From: Promethearchaeota archaeon
Lineage (GTDB): Archaea > Asgardarchaeota > Lokiarchaeia > Sigyniarchaeales > SOKP01
NCBI GenBank assembly: GCA_030599585.1
Contig: JAUVNS010000012.1
Span: forward strand, 32,001 to 96,000
Length of the DNA stretch: 64,000 nucleotides
Direction: 5' to 3'
The stretch's first letter is position 1. Every line of letters starts with the position of its first letter. Below the pieces are notes generated by a model. The model was not told where the DNA came from. It worked only from the letters and a program-made list of their open reading frames with translations, and did not search any database. The translations under genes were made by a program, and so were the position numbers. Of the stretch, positions 17,612 through 26,886 are shown in pieces.

Positions 17612-18502
17612 TTGGCTAAAAAAAAGAAAAAGACCGATTCTAACGAGGATTCTGAAATAGAAAAAGAGGATAATAACACCTCAGATTTAGAAAAAGAATT
17701 CGAAAAAGAATTTGAGGAAGATTTTGAAGATGAATTGGATTTAGAAGAGGAACTTGATTTACTCGATACAGATGATATGGACGCTGAGGTTGGAGAAATC
17801 GAAAAGATTGTCGATAAAGACGAAGCAAAAAAACAGTTATACCTAAGTACTGGTATCCACATTGGAACTAAGTTATTATCTGGTGATGCTAGGCGATTTA
17901 TTTATAGACAAACCAATTACGGGTTGTACGTAATAGACTTAACTCAAACCGACGAACGCCTTCTCACAGCTGCTAAATTTCTTAGTAAATATGTGGAAGA
18001 AGGTAGCGATAAAATAATTGTCTCATCCGTTAGAAGATACGGAAAAGAACCCGTGAAAAAATTTTGTAAAGTGCTCGGGTGTCGAGCAATTACCGAACGG
18101 TTTATTCCTGGATCTTTGACAAATCCTATGATCGAAGATTACATTAAAGACGCATCGGTTGTAGTCATCGTTGATCCTCACGCTGATAAAGTTATCTTAA
18201 GGGAAGCCAAGTTGGCTCGAATTCCTGTAGTATCATTGTTTGATACTGACGATATCCTTGACGGTATCGACCTCGCAATTCCCGCAAATAATCGAGGGAA
18301 AAAAGCTTTAGGACTCGCTTTTTGGTTTTTGGCGAGACAGATTTTGCTGGAATTGGGTAAAATTTCAAGCGAAGACGATTTTCCTTACACGTTGGAAGAA
18401 TTCACTTCAAAAATCGTACCGGTTTATCGTCAAGAGAACGCACCACCGCAACGACAGTCAAGATCGCCAAGATCGTCAAGATCGTCAAGATCGTCAAGAT
18501 AG
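17612..18502 (+). CDS. rps2: 30S ribosomal protein S2 (uS2) with an acidic N-terminal extension and an RS-rich C-terminal tail
   Basis: YLSTGIHIGT, RFIPGSLTNP, DP..D...L.EA, DLAIPANNRG.KA: archaeal/eukaryotic uS2 motifs. Confidence 0.96.
   Translation: MAKKKKKTDSNEDSEIEKEDNNTSDLEKEFEKEFEEDFEDELDLEEELDLLDTDDMDAEVGEIEKIVDKDEAKKQLYLSTGIHIGTKLLSGDARRFIYRQTNYGLYVIDLTQTDERLLTAAKFLSKYVEEGSDKIIVSSVRRYGKEPVKKFCKVLGCRAITERFIPGSLTNPMIEDYIKDASVVVIVDPHADKVILREAKLARIPVVSLFDTDDILDGIDLAIPANNRGKKALGLAFWFLARQILLELGKISSEDDFPYTLEEFTSKIVPVYRQENAPPQRQSRSPRSSRSSRSSR
18458..18502 (+). repeat. 9-bp tandem repeat (TCAAGATCG)x5 encoding SRS/PRS; the last copy carries the TAG stop
   Basis: TCAAGATCG CCAAGATCG TCAAGATCG TCAAGATCG TCAAGATAG, read directly from the sequence. 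Confidence 0.95.
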
Positions 18503-18672
18503 TATAACGCAGTTATAATTTTATTGTTTAATTACCTATAAGTAATTTTATAAATTTGCTTCTCTTTTTTATTTGATTTCTTTCCCTTCTTTATATTCTA
18601 TGCTTATCACATTTTTAATCAATCTTTTATTTTCATTAATTAGAGAAGTTTTATATCAAATGTGAAACGATT

Positions 18673-19449
18673 ATGAAAAAAATTATAGCCTTTGCCGGAA
18701 AAGGGGGAGTTGGTAAAACAACAAGCTTGGTTCTTCTTTTAAAATATATCCTTGAAAAAAAAAGAGAACAAGATATTCTTGTTATTGACTCAGATCCGGA
18801 TGCGAATGTTGCGGATGTAATTGGTGAAGAAGTAAAATTCTGCGACACTATTGGAGGAAAAATGAAGGTTTTAAAAGATAAAATTCAAAGTTTGAAATTG
18901 TCACCTAACACTCCTAAAAATCAATTGATTGAGTCTGATGTTTACAATTGTTTGATTGAAATGGACGAGTTTGATCTATTAGAAATGGGTAGACAAGAAG
19001 GAGAGGGGTGCTATTGCTTTATCAATGACGTTCTTAAGCGGGTAATTGATACTCTTTCTCAAAACTACGACATAACCCTTTTAGACTCACCAGCTGGATT
19101 GGAACATTTCGCTCGTAAAACTGGTCGTGATGTCACTGACCTTGTAATCGTGTCGGACGCTTCAAAAATGGGGATTCATACTATGAAACGAATTTTAGAG
19201 ATAATAGCCGAATTAACGCTTAAATTTGAGCGTATATGGATATTAGGAAATCGCTTCCCAGAGGATTTAAAGAATATTTTAGCAGAAGAAGTTAAAAATT
19301 TAAATGATGACCGCGTTAAATTGCTTGGATTCATATCTAATAACGAGGAGATTAGTAAGATTAACATAATTGGTGGTAATTTAATTGATTTACCCGAAGA
19401 AAACTCATCCTATCAAGAAGCTAAAAAGATTTTTGCTAATATAATTTAG
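18673..19449 (+). CDS. cooC: CooC/AcsF-family nickel-insertion ATPase
   Basis: GKGGVGKTT, DSDPD.N, EGCYC, D..AGLEH..R. Confidence 0.9.
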   Translation: MKKIIAFAGKGGVGKTTSLVLLLKYILEKKREQDILVIDSDPDANVADVIGEEVKFCDTIGGKMKVLKDKIQSLKLSPNTPKNQLIESDVYNCLIEMDEFDLLEMGRQEGEGCYCFINDVLKRVIDTLSQNYDITLLDSPAGLEHFARKTGRDVTDLVIVSDASKMGIHTMKRILEIIAELTLKFERIWILGNRFPEDLKNILAEEVKNLNDDRVKLLGFISNNEEISKINIIGGNLIDLPEENSSYQEAKKIFANII

Positions 19450-19585
19450 GTCTTAAATTTTCATTATTAAAGAGGATTGTAGTAAAATGATTATACATAT
19501 TTAGAAAGATGTTAAACATACAAAAATATTAAAAAGAACTGTATAATTTTAACTTCATGATTAATACCTTTTTGTCGAAATAGAA

Positions 19586-20917
19586 ATGAGGAAAAATACT
19601 CAAAAAAAATTAATTTTACTATCTTTATGCTTTATTATTATTTTCATAATTGTCAATGATAGGAATTTCTCAAATTATTCTCTGATTTATTATAAAGATA
19701 TTGATGAAAGCATTATTGCTAACAAGCCTAAAACTTCCGATTATTTGGAATTAGATCCCTTTATTATTCGTGATGGTGGTATAGGCCCTAGAGATTATAC
19801 TTGGGCAGGAGCTGCAAGCGAACCATGGTGTTCTGGAGGAGGTACTAAGAATAATCCCTATATCATTTCAAATATCATTATAAACGGTCAAACACAGGAG
19901 CTAAGTTGTATAAGAATTGCAACATCAACTGTTTTTTTTAAGATTGAAGATTGTATATTTTATAATTCTAGACATGTAGGCTACGCCGGAATTATGTTAA
20001 GCCATGTTTTAAATGGAGAAATAGTTAACAATAAATGTTTTAGTAATACAGTTGGAATAAGAATAGAAGATTCAGATAATATCAACATTACTAATAACAT
20101 AATCACCGATAATGAGTATGGTATAATGACGTTTGATTCTTCGCAAGTTGATATCTTATTTAATAATGCTTCAAATAACGATTATGGTAGTGGGATACGT
20201 GCATCTAATGGTGATTCTTATAATATTAGCGGAAATATAGCAAATAACAATCATTATGGTTTATCTGTGAGTAATTCAAACAACATTTTAATGGAAAATA
20301 ATTATGCCAAAGCTAATTACTATGGAGTCGGGATTTACTCAACTTTTTATAGCGTTGTATTCAATAATACAATCTTAAATAGTTATACTGGCATTGATTT
20401 TATGCATAGCGATAATAATGTTATCTCTGCTTGTGATATACAGAATAATTCCTATGGCGGCGGATTAGATATGTACGAATCCTTCAATAATAATTTTACC
20501 TTCAATAAGTTCTCTTACAATAACCCTGCCATACACCTGAGTTCGTGCGATTCAAATACCTTTGAACAAAATACTCTAATCTCAAATGAAAATCTGGCAG
20601 AAGGCGGCGCTGCAATAGCACTCTTCCAAAGTAGCTACAATCAATTTATTAGAAATACCTTACGAGACCACTCAACAGGGATATCACTATCGTACCAATC
20701 CAATAATAATACCTTCCTTAAAAATAACTTGTTTAATAATAGAGTATGCATTAGATGGGATACATCCTGTTTAGGTAATGTCTTTATCGATAATGTTTGT
20801 GGATATGATATACCAACAATTCTAGGATATAATCTATTCTTATTGCTTGGTATTCTATCCATTGCTGCATTCATTATTTACACAAAAAATAAGAAATCAA
20901 GGAATATTATTGCCTAA
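19586..20917 (+). CDS. Secreted/surface parallel beta-helix (NosD/CASH) protein with a Loki-CTERM-like tail
   Basis: N-terminal signal/TM, W.SG.GT..NPYII motif, N-rich beta-helix repeats, C-terminal ILGYNLFLLLGILSI..FII.TKNKK. Confidence 0.85.
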   Translation: MRKNTQKKLILLSLCFIIIFIIVNDRNFSNYSLIYYKDIDESIIANKPKTSDYLELDPFIIRDGGIGPRDYTWAGAASEPWCSGGGTKNNPYIISNIIINGQTQELSCIRIATSTVFFKIEDCIFYNSRHVGYAGIMLSHVLNGEIVNNKCFSNTVGIRIEDSDNINITNNIITDNEYGIMTFDSSQVDILFNNASNNDYGSGIRASNGDSYNISGNIANNNHYGLSVSNSNNILMENNYAKANYYGVGIYSTFYSVVFNNTILNSYTGIDFMHSDNNVISACDIQNNSYGGGLDMYESFNNNFTFNKFSYNNPAIHLSSCDSNTFEQNTLISNENLAEGGAAIALFQSSYNQFIRNTLRDHSTGISLSYQSNNNTFLKNNLFNNRVCIRWDTSCLGNVFIDNVCGYDIPTILGYNLFLLLGILSIAAFIIYTKNKKSRNIIA

Positions 20918-20926
20918 TATTCCATG

Positions 20927-21580
20927 TTATAAAAATTCATTAAGCTTCTTATTACGAAAATGTTTTTCTACTCCATTTCGCATTCCAGGCAATTCAAAGC
21001 ACTGATCCGGGATCATTTTCTTGAAATATTGCTTGTTCTCTCTTTCAGTTATGAATTGAGATTTGTATAGTGTTTCGAATATCTCTTCACCGGAAAATTG
21101 GATATCTTCGAAGTAAGGTACTATCTGACGCTTCTCACTAACAATTTCTACTACTTTTTTTAAAGGTTGATGAAATTCGCGAATTCTTCCTTTTTCATCT
21201 ATTATCCATGTTTTATGTGATTGTTCGTTATACAAACAAATAACGCATTGTGGCCACCTTTCATGAAAATAGACCAAAACGAGATCGATAACGTTATGCT
21301 TGAGCGATACAACTCCGAATAATACCCCACGATTGTTAATTTCCGTTCGCGTAAATTGTTTTGCCCGGTAAGCTTCAGTGAATACCTCTCGCATCATTTT
21401 ATTAATTTTTTTTGCCATTTGAGTTCCAGAATTACGTAAAATCGCTTCGGGAATCATCGTTATTTGTTGCTTTAACACTGGAGAATATCGAGAATGACGG
21501 TGAAGATTATTTATCAACTCTTCATGTGAATATCCTTTAGCACATCCAATGACTTCCAAAGGATCCTTTTTTTTTGCCAT
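20927..21580 (-). CDS. DUF4130-family protein (partner of the DNA-repair radical SAM)
   Basis: V..EA.R.K.F.R, HNV.DL...YF.ER, YKSQFI.ER.N..YF..M.P motifs; adjacent to the cognate radical SAM gene. Confidence 0.75.
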   Translation of the reverse strand: MAKKKDPLEVIGCAKGYSHEELINNLHRHSRYSPVLKQQITMIPEAILRNSGTQMAKKINKMMREVFTEAYRAKQFTRTEINNRGVLFGVVSLKHNVIDLVLVYFHERWPQCVICLYNEQSHKTWIIDEKGRIREFHQPLKKVVEIVSEKRQIVPYFEDIQFSGEEIFETLYKSQFITERENKQYFKKMIPDQCFELPGMRNGVEKHFRNKKLNEFL

Positions 21581-21585
21581 TTTCC

Positions 21586-22914
21586 TCAGAAAATTTCTTT
21601 TATTTGTATTTCCTTATAATCTTCGTTAGAAAAGTTATGAAGAGTAGATTGAGTACGACCATCTATCAAGATGTAAGGATCTGCTCTCTTTAACACAACC
21701 CCCACAGCTCTTAAATCCTGTCTACGCTTAAAAACGAACTTTTGAGCTCGCAAATTGATTATTCTTTTAGCTGAAATTGGCCCAATTCCTGGAACTCGGA
21801 GTAATTCTTGGTAGGAGGCTTCGTTTGGGTTCACGCGCCTATGCTGCTTAAAATATTCCCTTGCCAGATGTATTTTTGGATCTCCCTTAGGTAAATTCCC
21901 TTCTTCTGTTACTACTCCTTCTAAATCTTTAAGTTTAAAATGGTAGATTCGCATTAACCAATCGCTCTGATACAATCTATGTTCTCTTTCTAAAGGCGCA
22001 GCTTGTCTATTTCCTAATGGGGTACCTTCGATCGGGATGAAGGAGGAAAAATACGCTCTCCTTAAATCAATTTTTTTATATCCCCAATCAATTCGTTTAA
22101 GTAACTCCAAATCTGTTTCGTGTTCTGCCGCTCCGACAACAAATTGAGTCGTCTGACCACAATTGAGTATTGGAGCTCCATCCCATCGGAATTTTTTATA
22201 TCCGTCACTACGTCGCTCCTTAATCATATTTTCTTGTTCTCTCAATTGGTTGTCTTCTTTTAAATCTTTCATAACTTTGAGGGCTTCTTCATTATGTCTA
22301 ATCCGAATCTGTTTTAACCACCGTTGTCGAGTTATTATATCATTGTAAAAATCTTTTTGTTCTGCGATTTCAGAAAGGTGATCTTTTGTGGAAGCTTCCG
22401 TATTAATTGAGATGCGATCAGAAAGAGATACTGCTTCTCTAATCAGAGATTGACTTACACCCGGTAGAGCCTTAAAATGTACATATCCACCGAAGTTATA
22501 CTTAAATCGAAGAAGTCTTATCGTTTCGAGCATTTCTTCTGTAGTTTGGTCAGCACTGCCACAAACTGCTGAAGATATGAACACGCCTTCCACCACATTC
22601 ATTGAATATAGTTTCATGAATGTACGGGCATATTCCTCTGGAGTGAAACTCATTTTACGCTTACAATTATGCGAAAAACAATACTTACAATTATATATGC
22701 ATTTATTAGTATATAGCGTTTTAAATAAACTCATACATCGACCATCAGGCGTGTAACTATGGCAAATTCCCGCGCTTATCGTGTTTCCGATCGACTTTTT
22801 TGGATCTCCAAAAAGATTTGGATATTTTTCAGTACGACTAGAGGCAGTACTAGCACATATATCGTATTTCGAATTTTCTCCTAAAACTCTAATCTTTTCT
22901 AAAGTAGATGGCAT
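21586..22914 (-). CDS. Putative DNA modification/repair radical SAM protein with HhH motif
   Basis: KYDICAS, GICHSYTPDGRC.SL.K, CxxxCxxC (CIYNCKYC), GQTTQ.VVGA, REHRLYQ.DWL.R.Y, LLRVPGIG. Confidence 0.93.
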   Translation of the reverse strand: MPSTLEKIRVLGENSKYDICASTASSRTEKYPNLFGDPKKSIGNTISAGICHSYTPDGRCMSLFKTLYTNKCIYNCKYCFSHNCKRKMSFTPEEYARTFMKLYSMNVVEGVFISSAVCGSADQTTEEMLETIRLLRFKYNFGGYVHFKALPGVSQSLIREAVSLSDRISINTEASTKDHLSEIAEQKDFYNDIITRQRWLKQIRIRHNEEALKVMKDLKEDNQLREQENMIKERRSDGYKKFRWDGAPILNCGQTTQFVVGAAEHETDLELLKRIDWGYKKIDLRRAYFSSFIPIEGTPLGNRQAAPLEREHRLYQSDWLMRIYHFKLKDLEGVVTEEGNLPKGDPKIHLAREYFKQHRRVNPNEASYQELLRVPGIGPISAKRIINLRAQKFVFKRRQDLRAVGVVLKRADPYILIDGRTQSTLHNFSNEDYKEIQIKEIF

Positions 22915-23137
22915 TCTATTAATCCATTAAGAAAAGTAATTTATCTTTAAATTGCATATAAGTTAAAATCTTGAGATTTTCCTTATAAAAAGAGGGGGAT
23001 GTAGAATTTTCAATAATATTTTAGTAAATAATAAAAAAATATCTTTATTTTATTCTCTATTCTTTAGCAAACTAAAATCTATTTTTAGTTTATCAAATTA
23101 TATTTAATAAAAATCAATGGATTAAACAGAATTTAAA

Positions 23138-24955
23138 ATGTCTAAGTATACCGGTGGAGAGATTATCTCCAAATATTTGATAAAGGAGGGGATAAAGTAT
23201 GTTATCGGAATCCCTGGCCACGGAAATCTTCCGCTTGTAGATGCTTTCTTCAAAGATAAGGATAAAATTCAATTAATTCAACCCAAGCAAGAAATGTCTG
23301 GAGTTCATCTCGCAGTGGGATATTACAGAATCACTGGAAAGCCTTTATGTGTTTTCACATCAATTGGGCCTGGTGCAATTAATACCGCTATTGGAGTTGC
23401 CGATGCATACGTAGATTCATTTCCTTGTCTAATAATTACCGGAGATACGCACGTACACATGAGAGGTAAAGGTGTTCTCCAAGAGATCGAAAGAAAAAAA
23501 AATTCAAGCATGCCCAAAATTTTAGAACCTATAGTAAAGCGTAGTTTTGAAGTTGATACAGTTGGCCAACTACCTACAATAATGCAAAGAGCTTTTAATT
23601 ACATGCTAACTGGGAGAAAAGGTCCAGTACACATTGATCTTCCCATGGACGTACAAGCAAATAGTATTGATATTGAAATCCCTTTACCATTAGAACGAAG
23701 ATCCTCGGGAAGGATTATGGGAGACCTTAAAACTATTAAAAAAGCTGCAAACTTACTAAAAAGTGCTAAAAGACCCGTTTTATTTATTGGTGGAGGTGCA
23801 ATAGCTTCGAATTCTGGTGAAGAAGTAAAACTTCTAGCTGAAAAAATAGGTGCTGCCGTAGTTGTTACGATGATGGGAAAAGATATTATAGACAACTCGC
23901 ATCCCCTATATTGTTGGTCATCGGGCTCAAAGGGCACTACAATAGGATTAAACATGTCATCAAAAGCAGATCTAATTCTTGCTTTAGGTTGTAGATTTGC
24001 TGACGAAACAGCTAGTTCGTATAGACAAGGCATAAGTTTTTCTATACCTCCCTCAAAATTAATCCACATAGACATAGACCCACATGAGATTGGCAAAAAT
24101 TACCCCGTATCTGTTGGAATCGTAGGGGATGCAAAAGCATGTTTACGACAGATTTTACACGAATTAAGCAATTATTCAATCGATTACAAGAGGACCGACT
24201 ACTTTAAGGAAATGCAAGAAGAAAAAAAGAAATGGTTTGAATTTCTAGATAGCTATAGAGACGACTCTAAAGTCCCTGTAATGATAACAACCGTTTTAAG
24301 AGAAATTCGCAAATTTTTCGATCGCGACGCTGTAATTGTAACAAGTTCTGGAAATGTTCAAGCTCAGATGCTGCAAGAACTAGAATTTTACGAACCTAAT
24401 ACTTGTTTAACCGCTGGAGGTTTTTCAACAATGGGATATAGCGTTCCTGCAGCAATAGGCGCAAAATTGGGCTCTATAGATATCGGAAAACAAGATAGAC
24501 AAGTAGTAGCTCTCGTAGGGGATGGCGATTTCATGATGACCATATCAGAAATATCAATGGCAGTACAACTTGGATTGGATAAAATCTTTTTTATTGTCTT
24601 GAATAACCATGGCTGGATTGCTATTAAAGACTTACAGCAAGCTGCCTTTGGGGAGGATAGAGGGTATGGGACCGCTTTCGAAGATAATAACGGCAATACT
24701 TACTCTCCAGATTTCGCTAAAATTGGTGAAGCATTTGGTTGCTACGCTGAAAAAATTTCAAAGAAAGAAGAAATTGTCCCGACTTTAGAAAGAGCATCTA
24801 AATCTGGAAAGCCATCTGTTATTGAAATTGAAGTTCAAAGACAATACCCTCATACAGGATCTCCTGCTGTAGGTTGGTGGGATGTACCAAGACCCGCTTA
24901 TTTAGAAGAGCGTAGAAAACAATATGAAGAAGAAATAAAAGAAGAAAAACTGTAA
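23138..24955 (+). CDS. Thiamine-diphosphate-dependent enzyme (acetolactate synthase large-subunit family)
   Basis: GIPG, SIGPG..N, GPVHIDLP.D, HIDID..EIGK, GDG.F.M...NN ThDP motif. Confidence 0.9.
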   Translation: MSKYTGGEIISKYLIKEGIKYVIGIPGHGNLPLVDAFFKDKDKIQLIQPKQEMSGVHLAVGYYRITGKPLCVFTSIGPGAINTAIGVADAYVDSFPCLIITGDTHVHMRGKGVLQEIERKKNSSMPKILEPIVKRSFEVDTVGQLPTIMQRAFNYMLTGRKGPVHIDLPMDVQANSIDIEIPLPLERRSSGRIMGDLKTIKKAANLLKSAKRPVLFIGGGAIASNSGEEVKLLAEKIGAAVVVTMMGKDIIDNSHPLYCWSSGSKGTTIGLNMSSKADLILALGCRFADETASSYRQGISFSIPPSKLIHIDIDPHEIGKNYPVSVGIVGDAKACLRQILHELSNYSIDYKRTDYFKEMQEEKKKWFEFLDSYRDDSKVPVMITTVLREIRKFFDRDAVIVTSSGNVQAQMLQELEFYEPNTCLTAGGFSTMGYSVPAAIGAKLGSIDIGKQDRQVVALVGDGDFMMTISEISMAVQLGLDKIFFIVLNNHGWIAIKDLQQAAFGEDRGYGTAFEDNNGNTYSPDFAKIGEAFGCYAEKISKKEEIVPTLERASKSGKPSVIEIEVQRQYPHTGSPAVGWWDVPRPAYLEERRKQYEEEIKEEKL

Positions 24956-24967
24956 AAGTGATATCTT

Positions 24968-25531
24968 ATGCCAGCTATCGAAATTAAATATGAAGAGATA
25001 TTTTTTGATCCTAAAGTTCAAACTATGTGTATTTCACCCAGTTTTACTTGTCCACATTACAACCATTCTCATAGTTGTCCACCATCTGTCCCTTATTTAG
25101 AACAAGAAATTTCTAACTATAACAAGTTTTATTTGATATATTCGAGATTTAATTTGGCAGAATACATCAAAGAAAAAAAAGAAAAACATCCAAAACGCAG
25201 CGAGCAGAGAATAAAATATTTTTTTTACATGAATAATCTCTATAAGGAAGATTTGAAAAAAGAAGTCGAGAATTTTGTAAACGATCTTGCAGATGAACCC
25301 AAAGAAATGCTGTTATTATTCGATGGAACATGTAGAATTTGTTTAAACGACCAAGATAAGGGATGTACGTTTGATAGTGGGAAACTATGCCGGTATCCTG
25401 ACAAAAAAATGATCTCAATGGAAGCTATCGGGATTGAAGTTATCAGAACCGTAGCTAAGTTGCCAAATAGAGATTTTGAATACCCCTCGAAAACATATTC
25501 ATATCGGTTTGGTTTAGTTTGTATTAAGTAA
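24968..25531 (+). CDS. DUF2284 family Cys-rich metal-binding protein
   Basis: C..Y.HSHSCPP, G.CRIC, CRYP, SMEA.GI.V. Confidence 0.8.
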   Translation: MPAIEIKYEEIFFDPKVQTMCISPSFTCPHYNHSHSCPPSVPYLEQEISNYNKFYLIYSRFNLAEYIKEKKEKHPKRSEQRIKYFFYMNNLYKEDLKKEVENFVNDLADEPKEMLLLFDGTCRICLNDQDKGCTFDSGKLCRYPDKKMISMEAIGIEVIRTVAKLPNRDFEYPSKTYSYRFGLVCIK

Positions 25532-25581
25532 TGATTATAAAATTCGATAATAAGAAATTCAATACTGTACTATTAAATTGA

Positions 25582-26880
25582 GTGGGAATTCTCATGAAAG
25601 ATTTTTCGGAATTATTTAAAGCTAAGCGTATAAATTACATACAATTTCAATTCACATCAATTCTAGGGGAATTTAAAGGTGTTGACTTCCCGGTAAAAAT
25701 ATGGGACTCCATGAAAGATGGAACTGGCATCGACGGGTCAAGTCTCGGATTTTTAAAAGCAGAACAAAGTGATATGAAAGTTATCCCAGATTTAAACACG
25801 TTTGCGATCCTTCCATGGAATCCTAGGGTTGGGAGATTTATATGCGATGTAACTGACAATAAAGGCAATGCTTATCCTACCTGTCCACGAGGAATATTAA
25901 GAAAAATAATTGGAAAAGCGACTTCGTTAGGTTATAATTTTTTAACAAGACCAGAATTAGAATGGTATTTCATAACAAATGACCAAGAGTTCGCAGATAA
26001 TGGCGGATACATGGATCTTCCCCCGAAAGACCCCTACCAAGAATTACGCCTTCAGATCTCTGACAATATGACAAACATGGGCATTGGTGTAAAAACAATT
26101 CACCACGAGGTCGGTCCTAGCCAACATGAAATTGAATTTCTCCCTAATAATGCTCTAATTCAAGCCGATAACGTACAAACAGCGAAATTGATAGTAAAAA
26201 TTGAAGCTAATCGTAACAATTTAATTTCTACATTTATGCCAAAGCCATTTCCATTAGTAGCGGGAAGTGGTTTGCATTTACATCAATATTTAGAAAAAGA
26301 TCAGAAGAATGTTTTTGCTGATGGAGACGCAAGTATAAGCGATATTCTCCGTTATTACATTGGTGGGATTCAAAAACATGCTGATTCTATCTCAGCGATT
26401 TTGAATCCAATCACAAATTCGTATAAAAGGCTTGTTCCTAATCACGAAGCCCCAGTTTATATATCTTGGGGTATAGGTAATAGAACTGCCTTAATTCGAG
26501 TACCTGGATACGAAAAATCTGCTAGACTCGAATATCGGGCTGGTGATGCGTCAATGAATATATATTTAGGAACAGCTATTCTACTCGCAGCTGGCTTAGA
26601 TGGAATAAAAAATAAAATCGAACCAAACACACCAGTCACAGAAAATATTGATAATTTATCTAAGGAAAAGCATCAAACTTTAGGAATTAAAAAATTACCC
26701 CAAGACCTTTCTAAAGCTTTAAAATCCTTCGAAAATAGTAAATTTATCCAGAAAAATCTTGGAAAACAATTTGTAGAAATTTTTGTGGATATTAAAAATA
26801 AAGAAATAGAAGAATACAAGATTGCTAAAAATGACGGAAAAGAAGCGGAATGGGAACTAAATAGATATTTACTACTATAA
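25582..26880 (+). CDS. glnA: Glutamine synthetase family protein (GSI type / gamma-glutamyl ligase)
   Basis: DGSS, SDM..PD, PELEW, HHEVGPSQHEI, TFMPKP, GSGLHLH, NSYKRL.P..EAP, NRTA.IRVP, RLEYR. Confidence 0.88.
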   Translation: MGILMKDFSELFKAKRINYIQFQFTSILGEFKGVDFPVKIWDSMKDGTGIDGSSLGFLKAEQSDMKVIPDLNTFAILPWNPRVGRFICDVTDNKGNAYPTCPRGILRKIIGKATSLGYNFLTRPELEWYFITNDQEFADNGGYMDLPPKDPYQELRLQISDNMTNMGIGVKTIHHEVGPSQHEIEFLPNNALIQADNVQTAKLIVKIEANRNNLISTFMPKPFPLVAGSGLHLHQYLEKDQKNVFADGDASISDILRYYIGGIQKHADSISAILNPITNSYKRLVPNHEAPVYISWGIGNRTALIRVPGYEKSARLEYRAGDASMNIYLGTAILLAAGLDGIKNKIEPNTPVTENIDNLSKEKHQTLGIKKLPQDLSKALKSFENSKFIQKNLGKQFVEIFVDIKNKEIEEYKIAKNDGKEAEWELNRYLLL

Positions 26881-26886
26881 AATACT

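Noticed and set aside
22170-22310. Charged insert in the radical SAM gene as an intron or intein
   Set aside because: It is in frame, shows no BHB pairing that I could find, has no intein terminal residues, and falls in a region that is length-variable in this family.
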